In this document: one piece after another, positions 1-7,079 of the stretch
How the letters are laid out: the number at the start of each line of letters is the position of its first letter
How positions within the stretch are numbered: the first letter of the stretch is position 1
Assembly (NCBI GenBank): GCA_039801885.1
Contig: JBDRVN010000048.1
Span: 1-12,482 of the forward strand
DNA: 12,482 nucleotides
From: a candidate division WOR-3 bacterium
Lineage (GTDB): Bacteria; Hydrothermota; Tepidihabitantia; Tepidihabitantales; DTDR01
Direction of reading: 5' to 3'
The notes under the pieces: generated by a model
Seen by the model: the letters and a program-made list of their open reading frames with translations, nothing else
Told to the model about the DNA's origin: nothing
The model's database searches: none
Made by a program: the position numbers and the translations under genes

Positions 1-1
1 A

Positions 2-940
2 AAAGAAAATCTTTTAACAAGTGAAACTTTATTAGAAAAGGCAAAAGAATTTATAAAAAATAATCTTCGTCAGGAATTAATTATTCAAAAATTGTTAGCA
101 AAAAAAAATCGTTTAAATATTATTATTACTCCATTAGAATTAAGAGAGTTTTATGAAAAGATAAAGGATTCTTTAGCAAAGAGACCGGCGGTTTGTGAGA
201 TTGCCCATATTTTTTCTCCAATTTTACCAGAGGAAAAAAAGGAGAAGGAAAGTCAAAGAAGAATTAGCGAAATTTATGAAATTTTATTGCGTGGCGGTGA
301 TTTTGAAGAAATCTGTAAAAGTTTTTCAGAGGATAAAAATACCAAAGAGAAAGGAGGTTATTTAGGTGAATTTTGGATTGATAGTTTACCCTTAACATTT
401 CAAGAAGTCGTGAAAGGACTAAAAATTGGTGAATTTTCTTCTCCTTTTAGGAGTCAATACGGTTATCATATTGTAAAGAAATTAGGCGAAACAAAAAATA
501 AAATAAAAATTGCTCACATTTTTATTGAAGTGCCGATAAGTAAAGAGGATACCCTTCGCGTTAGAAAATTACTTTTGAAAATCCGCGATAGAATTCTGAA
601 AGGTGAGGATTTTGCTAAATTGGCAAAAGAATATTCTTATGACTTAGAAACAAAAGAAAAAGGTGGCTATCTTGGCGAATTTATTGTTGATTTTCTCTTT
701 TCACCTTTTAAGGAAGTCTGCGAAAATCTTAATAGTGGAGAGGTTTCGGAACCAATTTTGTCAAAAGAAGGATTTCATTTAATAAAAATGTTAAAAAAAG
801 AGAAAGAGCGGATTTTATCTTTTTCGGAAATTCAAGAAGATTTAAGAAATTTTCTTTATCAAAAGAAATTGAAAGAAATTATTGATGAATATTTAAAAGA
901 AATAAAAGAAAATCATTTTACAAAAATAGCAAGCCGATGA
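2..940 (+). CDS. SurA/PpiC (parvulin)-type peptidyl-prolyl isomerase with two rotamase domains; 5'-truncated
   Basis: Two parvulin repeats: IAHIF...GGDFEEICKSFSEDKNTKEKGGYLGEF...SSPFRSQYGYHIVK and IAHIF...GEDFAKLAKEYSYDLETKEKGGYLGEF...SEPILSKEGFHLIK, followed by a SurA-like C-terminal helix. Frame 2 is open from base 2 (KENLLTSETLLEKAKEFIKNNLRQELIIQK), so the TTG at 92 is probably not the true start. Confidence 0.9.
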   Translation, partial: KENLLTSETLLEKAKEFIKNNLRQELIIQKLLAKKNRLNIIITPLELREFYEKIKDSLAKRPAVCEIAHIFSPILPEEKKEKESQRRISEIYEILLRGGDFEEICKSFSEDKNTKEKGGYLGEFWIDSLPLTFQEVVKGLKIGEFSSPFRSQYGYHIVKKLGETKNKIKIAHIFIEVPISKEDTLRVRKLLLKIRDRILKGEDFAKLAKEYSYDLETKEKGGYLGEFIVDFLFSPFKEVCENLNSGEVSEPILSKEGFHLIKMLKKEKERILSFSEIQEDLRNFLYQKKLKEIIDEYLKEIKENHFTKIASR

Positions 941-2271
941 TAATAATCCTTTTTTCGCTTTTTTTCAATAGCGTGCCTATTGACTCTTTTGTTTATTCTT
1001 CTTGGGGCGATAAGGATATTCCTATTTTCCTTTATTTTAAGTTTAAAAATTTTCCAACCCATCTAAAAATTGATTGGGGGGATGAGAAAACAGAAAGCTT
1101 AGAAGTAAAATGGATAATTTATGAAGCAGAACATAAATATGAAAAACCTGGCAATTATATAATAAAAATAAAAATTGGAAAGGATTATTTTATTACCACT
1201 GATACAATTACTATCTTTGAAGAACTTTTTATTGGCAAAATAAATTTAGAAGATATGGTTTATGGTAGTTGCGCAATTGATAAAGAAGATAATATTTATA
1301 TTGGTGATATTAAAGGTAATCTTTATTCTTTTGATTTGTTAGGTAAAAAGAAATTTCAGTTCTCTGCCGGTGGTAAAATTTATGGCTGTCCTTTAATTGT
1401 CGACACCTTAATCTATTTTGGAGCTGATTCTTTTTTACACTGTTTAACTAAAAATGGAAAATTGATTTTCAAAAACAAACTATCCGGTGAAATCTATAAT
1501 ACCCCTACTTTTTTACCGCCGGATAAAATTGCTATCTCTTCTGATGATGGCAGCCTTTATCTTTTCACTCTTTTGGGTAAGAAAGTAAAAGAGATAAAAT
1601 TTTCTTCGGAGTTGGGCGATATTTCTGTTGATGAAAAAAACAATTTAATTTTCTCTTGTGACTCCCAAATTTATTCTTTAAATTCAAAGGGAAAAATTAA
1701 TTTTAAATTTAACTCTTTAGAAGGGGATGATTTTTTCCCATCACCAACGATTACGAAGGATTATATCGTGTGCGGTTGTGAAGATGGTTATTTATATTTT
1801 TTAAATAAGAAAACAGGAAGGTTGGTAAAAAGAATCGCTACTCCTGATGAAGATGCGATAAAGAGTGAAGTCATTGTGGATGAGGAAGAAAAAATTTATT
1901 TTGGTGACGATGGTGGTAAGCTGAACGTTTATAAGGAAAAATTAATTACCCTTTTTGAAGCAGAAGATGCAATTGTTTCTACTCCTTTAATTATTAAAAA
2001 AGATAACAAAAAAATAATTTTTATTTTAGACGAAATGGGCTATCTCTATGCTCTTAATGAAAATGGAAAGATACTATTTAAAATGGAAATTTGTGCTACT
2101 GATAAAGATTTGTATCAGACACCTTCTTTCCTTTTTAGTAAAGAAAAGCTAATAATACCATCTTGGGATGGTTATTTATATGCTTTTCGGATCGAAGGAG
2201 AAGTTGTCAAAAGTGAATGGTTTACTTATCGGGCTAATTTCTGGCGTAGCGGCAGAATAAATAAAAAATAG
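937..2271 (+). CDS. Exported PKD-domain + PQQ-like (BamB-like) beta-propeller repeat protein
   Basis: Hydrophobic N-terminus MIIILFSLFF. PKD signature IDWGD...HKYEKPGNYIIKI. Repeated PQQ-type blades (IYIGDIKGNLYSFD, IAISSDDGSLYLF, IVCGCEDGYLYFLN, IYFGDDGGKLNVY, ILDEMGYLYALN, IIPSWDGYLYAF). C-terminal WFTYRANFWRSG motif. ATGA overlap with the upstream stop. Confidence 0.8.
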   Translation: MIIILFSLFFNSVPIDSFVYSSWGDKDIPIFLYFKFKNFPTHLKIDWGDEKTESLEVKWIIYEAEHKYEKPGNYIIKIKIGKDYFITTDTITIFEELFIGKINLEDMVYGSCAIDKEDNIYIGDIKGNLYSFDLLGKKKFQFSAGGKIYGCPLIVDTLIYFGADSFLHCLTKNGKLIFKNKLSGEIYNTPTFLPPDKIAISSDDGSLYLFTLLGKKVKEIKFSSELGDISVDEKNNLIFSCDSQIYSLNSKGKINFKFNSLEGDDFFPSPTITKDYIVCGCEDGYLYFLNKKTGRLVKRIATPDEDAIKSEVIVDEEEKIYFGDDGGKLNVYKEKLITLFEAEDAIVSTPLIIKKDNKKIIFILDEMGYLYALNENGKILFKMEICATDKDLYQTPSFLFSKEKLIIPSWDGYLYAFRIEGEVVKSEWFTYRANFWRSGRINKK

Positions 2272-3489
2272 ATGGTAATTGTTTTATCCTTACTTTTTTA
2301 TTACTTTTCTCAAGCTGATCTTTATGGTGAATTTATTTTGACTAATGAAATTGGTTCCTTTATTCCACCAAAAGTATCTTTCTCCTCACGGTGGGATAGA
2401 AAAAGAAGTCTCCTTTTTTTAGAAAATCACAATAAAATTATTCTTTATTCCGAAGGAATTTTCAAACCATTAATTTTTGATATTCAAGGTAACTATTTAG
2501 GTTATTTAGAGACTTCTTTCTGTTATGCTCAAAAAATTAATTATCAAAAGAAAGAAATAATTGCTGTTCCTTTTGGTAATAGTTTGGGATTATATACTTT
2601 CAAAAATAGAACCCTTTATCTTTATCGAAAGTTATTGATAAACGAATATATTGAAAATTTCGACATTTTTAAAAAGGATAATAACTCTTTCTTTATTATT
2701 TTGAGTTGTCGTGATAAGAAAGAAAATAAAATAAAAATTTATAACCAAAATTTTAAATTAATATTAGAAAAGGTAGTAAAGGAAAATTTTTTTATCAATA
2801 ATCTTTTTGATACTCTTATTTTAGGTATTGAGAAAGACCTTAAAAAAATAGTTTTATGGGACATCAATTTGAAAACCTTATGGGAATTTAGCTTAAAAGA
2901 TTTATTGATTACTGATTATACCGTGAATGAAAGTATTTTAATCATTGCTACTAGTGATGCTAATCAAGAAAAAGGGATTCTTTATTTTTTATCTTATAAA
3001 AATGGTAAAATTTTAGAAACCTTTCCTTTTGACTCTTTTTACTCTTTTGGTTTTAGCAGTGTAAAGGTTTCGGATGTTGATAATGATAACGAAAAGGAGA
3101 TTCTTCTGAGTACCGGAGGCAAAAGGGGAGAAGTATTTATTTTAAAAAGGTCTAAGGGAAAATTAATTGTTAAGAAAAAACGTGTTTTTCAGCCACTTCT
3201 ACCTTTCGCCAATATCGCTAATCTTTTACTTTTAGAAATTGATGATTTTATTTATGATAAAGATAAAAATAAAGAATTACTTTTATTAGTCACTTACCAA
3301 CAAAAAGCAAGCGTGCCTTTGTTTAATAATTTTATCTCGAGTCAAATTCTTCTTTTGGATAATAAATTAAAAGACATTGCTGATTTGGATTTAGATTCTC
3401 CAATTAAAGATTTTTTAATTGTTAATAAAAAGAATAAAAAAGAGAGTGTTTTGGTATTGTTCAGTAATAAACTAAAATTTTATGAATAG
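2272..3489 (+). CDS. Exported hypothetical protein, probable beta-propeller with FG-GAP/VCBS-like Ca-binding loop(s)
   Basis: 405 aa ORF with hydrophobic N-terminus MVIVLSLLFYYF and a beta-strand-rich pattern. Contains DVDNDNEKEILL (DxDxDx-xEI loop) and a weaker DDFIYDKDKNKELLL. ATG directly abuts the upstream TAG. Confidence 0.6.
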   Translation: MVIVLSLLFYYFSQADLYGEFILTNEIGSFIPPKVSFSSRWDRKRSLLFLENHNKIILYSEGIFKPLIFDIQGNYLGYLETSFCYAQKINYQKKEIIAVPFGNSLGLYTFKNRTLYLYRKLLINEYIENFDIFKKDNNSFFIILSCRDKKENKIKIYNQNFKLILEKVVKENFFINNLFDTLILGIEKDLKKIVLWDINLKTLWEFSLKDLLITDYTVNESILIIATSDANQEKGILYFLSYKNGKILETFPFDSFYSFGFSSVKVSDVDNDNEKEILLSTGGKRGEVFILKRSKGKLIVKKKRVFQPLLPFANIANLLLLEIDDFIYDKDKNKELLLLVTYQQKASVPLFNNFISSQILLLDNKLKDIADLDLDSPIKDFLIVNKKNKKESVLVLFSNKLKFYE

Positions 3490-5467
3490 TTACTTTCTTC
3501 TTCTTTTTTTTATCATTAATCTTTCTCCTTTTTTCAATCTTTTAAAATGGGAAAAGGGAAAAAGAATTGATGAACGAAAGATTAAAAAAAATTTAATTCG
3601 TGATATAATTCCTAAAGAAGAGGAGAAATTTTTTTCCCAAACGGAAGATATTGTTTATCGAAAAGATGTGGAAAATTTTCTTTATGGATTTTTCAAAAAT
3701 AAAGTTTATCAAATCAAAAAAAAGAAGCCGATTAATCTCTATTTCCGAATTAAAAATTTAGAACTAATGGAAGGGAAAAAAGGTATGTATCTCCTTGCGA
3801 TTGGCGAAAAAGAATTAGCACTATTAAATAGAAATTTAGATATTCTTTACTATAAAGAATTCGATGGCAAAATTAAGAAATATTTTTTAGGGGACAGAAA
3901 TTTTGATGGCGAAGCGGAACTTTATTTAATTTTTAAAGATAAAATCTTTTATTTCTCTCCCGAAGAAGAAAATTTTTGGGAATTAAAAGGTAACTGGCAA
4001 GATTTTAAAGGACTTGTCGGCGATAAAAATTTATTATATCTTCTTTTCCCAGATTCAATTATTATTTTAGATAGAGAATATAAAATAAAAAAAATCTATC
4101 CTAAAAAAAACGAGAAATTTATCTTAATAACATTAAAAAAAGAAGGATTAATAATTATTAGTAAGTTAGAGAATCGTTCAGTTTTGGCTTACGACAAAAA
4201 TAGAAAGATCGAAATTTTTGGTAGTTTTAATGAGGTAGAAAGCGAAGTTTTTAAAGACGGTTTTATAATTAAGGCAGATAATTGTTTATTTTTTGTCAAT
4301 CGTGCTCTTTCTTATTACGAAAAGATTATTGAAGATTATCAGATAAAAGAGATTAAAGAATATCGGATTTTTGATTTAAATGGAGACAAAAGAGAGGATT
4401 TGGTTGTTAGTAATGGTAATTACCTTTTTTATTTTTTAAACAACTCATTAGTTTTAGAGGAAACGCAAAGGGATTATTATCAAAAATTAACTAATCGAAT
4501 AAAAATGGAAAATTTATATGGCTACCAAGATTTGCTGATAACCCTTTTAAATATTAGTGCCCAAGTAGGTTTGCCCTTTTTAGAAATTGATAAAAAGATT
4601 GAAAAGATGGTAAAAAAGTATTATGTTGCTAAAATTCAGCAACAACTACTTTTAAGCAGCTTCTTATCGGTATTTTTTGTTCTTTTTGTTGTTTTATTTG
4701 TGAGGCCAATTTTTCTCAAAGTTAAAAATAAAAAATGGCGATTGGAAAATCGTTCTTTACCACAACTAATTAGAATTATTGAAGATTTTATTGCTTTAAA
4801 TCACAACTACTTAATGAAGGGTAATATTTTGGGAGCGCAGAATCGAATAAAAAAATTTTGGGAAGATTTTAAATTAGTGGAAGAAGAGATTTTATATTTG
4901 AAAGAAACCTTGGAACCGAAATTTTTTATGGAAAGTTACCTATCCCTTTTAAAGAAAATTTTTAATAATAAAAATATCGCTGATTTGATTGCTCATTTAA
5001 AAGAGATAAACAAAAGTTTAGAGAAAAAAATGGAGTTCCAGAGGGTTAATTCTTTTGATATCGAAGATTATCTTAAAAAAGAAGGATATTACTTACTACA
5101 AGTTTGCGATCCTTTTATTGAAGATAATGAGAGTTATAAAATTTTTTTAGATAAAAAAATAGAAAATTTTTTAATCCACTTAATTACTGATCATTTAAAA
5201 TACGCTAAAAAGAAAGCAGCAATTGTATTAGAAAAGAAAATTATCACTGACTGGCAGAAGAAGATTATCTTACATTTTTATTCCGATGCGGAAACCGAGG
5301 TTGATTTTGAAAAAGGTCATTTAGCAGAGGAGATAAAGGAGATAAAAGAGGATTATTTTGAATATTTAAATATTACTAAGGGCTTTCAACGCCAAGAAAA
5401 ACTGGTTCTTGTTTTTTCTGATTTAATTGGTATTATTGAAGGAATAATTAAAAAGAGTAAAATTTAA
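3482..5467 (+). CDS. Membrane sensor-like protein: extracellular FG-GAP region, one TM helix, cytoplasmic degenerate histidine-kinase-like region
   Basis: N-terminal hydrophobic segment. FG-GAP loops GDRNFDGEAELYL and FDLNGDKREDLVV. TM helix LLLSSFLSVFFVLFVVLFVRPIFL (about 4646-4717) followed by a basic patch KVKNKKWR (positive-inside). H-box-like FIALNHNY (His441) and N-box-like FLIHLITDHLKYA. Lies directly upstream of a receiver-containing regulator. The CDS is solid; the kinase homology is my alignment by eye. Confidence 0.6.
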   Translation: MNSYFLLLFFIINLSPFFNLLKWEKGKRIDERKIKKNLIRDIIPKEEEKFFSQTEDIVYRKDVENFLYGFFKNKVYQIKKKKPINLYFRIKNLELMEGKKGMYLLAIGEKELALLNRNLDILYYKEFDGKIKKYFLGDRNFDGEAELYLIFKDKIFYFSPEEENFWELKGNWQDFKGLVGDKNLLYLLFPDSIIILDREYKIKKIYPKKNEKFILITLKKEGLIIISKLENRSVLAYDKNRKIEIFGSFNEVESEVFKDGFIIKADNCLFFVNRALSYYEKIIEDYQIKEIKEYRIFDLNGDKREDLVVSNGNYLFYFLNNSLVLEETQRDYYQKLTNRIKMENLYGYQDLLITLLNISAQVGLPFLEIDKKIEKMVKKYYVAKIQQQLLLSSFLSVFFVLFVVLFVRPIFLKVKNKKWRLENRSLPQLIRIIEDFIALNHNYLMKGNILGAQNRIKKFWEDFKLVEEEILYLKETLEPKFFMESYLSLLKKIFNNKNIADLIAHLKEINKSLEKKMEFQRVNSFDIEDYLKKEGYYLLQVCDPFIEDNESYKIFLDKKIENFLIHLITDHLKYAKKKAAIVLEKKIITDWQKKIILHFYSDAETEVDFEKGHLAEEIKEIKEDYFEYLNITKGFQRQEKLVLVFSDLIGIIEGIIKKSKI

Positions 5468-5470
5468 TGT

Positions 5471-7042
5471 ATGAGAAAACCTTTAATCTTGGTGATTGAT
5501 GATTTAGAAGAGGCTTATTTAGGATTGATAAATTTTATTAAAGAGAAAGAAGAAAAAATTTATCAAAATTTTGAATTTCTTTATTTTCAAGATTATTTTC
5601 AGCTAAAGGAATGGTATTTAAAAAATCGAGGAGAATTTGTTTCTTTGATTATTCAAGATGTTGATTATAGTCATCTAAAAGAGAAAAATAAATTTTTAAA
5701 ACGGGAAGATTGGCAACTTTTCCCTTTAGAATTTTTTGATGAAGTAGCTTTACAAGGTTTTCTTATCTATTTAAAAATTCGGGAAGAATTAGATAGAATC
5801 GTACCGGTTCTTTTTGTTTCTTTAAGAGTGGGGCTTGATTATTCAAAGGAGTTTACAGAATTTTTAGTTTATCCGGGTTACGGAAAATGTTCTTTTGTTC
5901 CTACCGAAGTAACCGGAAGAGAATATTATCCCACCATTGCCCGAAGTATTGAAAATATGGCGCTTCTGCCGATAGACAAAGAGAAGAAAGAGAGATGGAA
6001 AAGATATCATAAAATGGTTATTGGTAATTCAAGGAGCATGGCCTATTTAATAAAAGAGATTGAAAGGATTGCCATAAGTGATGCTACCTGTGTCTTACTT
6101 GGTTCCAGCGGTGTCGGGAAAGAATTGGTAGCTAATGCCCTACACCGACTAAGTTATCGTTACGATCCCGAAGCGGTTCATAAAAGAGCACCTTTAACGG
6201 TAAATATTCATGCCTTAGATTTTAATTTGATTGAAGATGAGCTTTTTGGTCATGAAAAAGGAGCTTTTACCGGAGCAATAAGTATGCGGGAAGGAATATT
6301 TGAAGCAGCCAATAATTCAACAATTTTTTTAGACGAAATTGGCGAATTGCCTAATGAGATTCAGATAAAATTATTAAGGGCATTAGAATATAAAAAGATA
6401 AAAAGAATAGGCGCTTCTTACGAAATAGAAGTTGATGTAAGGATAATTGCCGCGACCAATCGAACAGTGGAAGAGTTAAGGGAACGGTTAAGACCTGATT
6501 TTTATTCACGACTTATTCAGCATTGTATCTTTGTTCCTTCCTTAAAAGAAAGATATCAGAATGAAAATGTGGAAGTAATTGAGAAGGATGTGAAAGAACT
6601 TTCGGAATTTTTTATTAATGAGATGAATCAAAAAGAAAATCGGAATATCCTAATTTCCCCCATTGCTTTAAAGTTTTTAACTAAACTTGTTTATGAATAT
6701 GTGAATAATCAAAATAATATTTTTGAAAGCAATATTCGTACCTTTCGAAACATTGTGGAAAGGGCTTATGAACGAGCGGTAAGTGATGGGAGTTTAGAAA
6801 TTGATTTAGGACACATAATTTCCACTATCGGTATGATGAGATTTTTACAAACTAAAAAAGAAGAAAGAAAAGGAGAAACATCTTTAGAGGAAATTTTTCA
6901 CACTTTAAACCTCTTTGAGATTGAAAAACAGGTAATAAGAGAAGCATTAAAAAAAAGTAACGGTAATATATCTCAGGCAGCTCGGTTGCTGGGTATTCAC
7001 CGTGATACCCTAAGAAGAAAAATTCAAGAGTATAATCTTTAA
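5471..7042 (+). CDS. Sigma54-dependent enhancer-binding protein (NtrC/AtoC-like: atypical receiver, AAA+, Fis-type HTH)
   Basis: Walker A GSSGVGKE, ELFGHEKGAFTGA, Walker B IFLDEIGE, RIIAATNR, R-finger RPDFYSRL, sensor II NIR. C-terminal HTH GNISQAARLLGIHRDTLRRKI. N-terminal receiver elements ILVIDD, LIIQD, PVLFVS. Confidence 0.93.
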   Translation: MRKPLILVIDDLEEAYLGLINFIKEKEEKIYQNFEFLYFQDYFQLKEWYLKNRGEFVSLIIQDVDYSHLKEKNKFLKREDWQLFPLEFFDEVALQGFLIYLKIREELDRIVPVLFVSLRVGLDYSKEFTEFLVYPGYGKCSFVPTEVTGREYYPTIARSIENMALLPIDKEKKERWKRYHKMVIGNSRSMAYLIKEIERIAISDATCVLLGSSGVGKELVANALHRLSYRYDPEAVHKRAPLTVNIHALDFNLIEDELFGHEKGAFTGAISMREGIFEAANNSTIFLDEIGELPNEIQIKLLRALEYKKIKRIGASYEIEVDVRIIAATNRTVEELRERLRPDFYSRLIQHCIFVPSLKERYQNENVEVIEKDVKELSEFFINEMNQKENRNILISPIALKFLTKLVYEYVNNQNNIFESNIRTFRNIVERAYERAVSDGSLEIDLGHIISTIGMMRFLQTKKEERKGETSLEEIFHTLNLFEIEKQVIREALKKSNGNISQAARLLGIHRDTLRRKIQEYNL

Positions 7043-7045
7043 AAT

Positions 7046-7073
7046 TTGATTATTTAAAAAAAATTGTTATATT
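7046..7073 (+). promoter_or_regulatory. Putative sigma70-type promoter with extended -10, probably producing a leaderless mRNA
   Basis: TTGATT (7046-7051), 16 nt spacer, TATATT (7068-7073) preceded by TG at 7065-7066. ATG at 7080 follows 6 nt later with no Shine-Dalgarno sequence. Confidence 0.55.
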
Positions 7074-7079
7074 AATCTT

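Noticed and set aside
92..94. TTG start given in the ORF track for the first gene
   Set aside because: The frame is open back to base 2 with SurA-like helical sequence, so the gene most likely starts before the window.
340..682. Repeated TKEKGGYLGEF coding segments
   Set aside because: These are the ordinary tandem parvulin domains of SurA-type proteins, with synonymous divergence at the DNA level.
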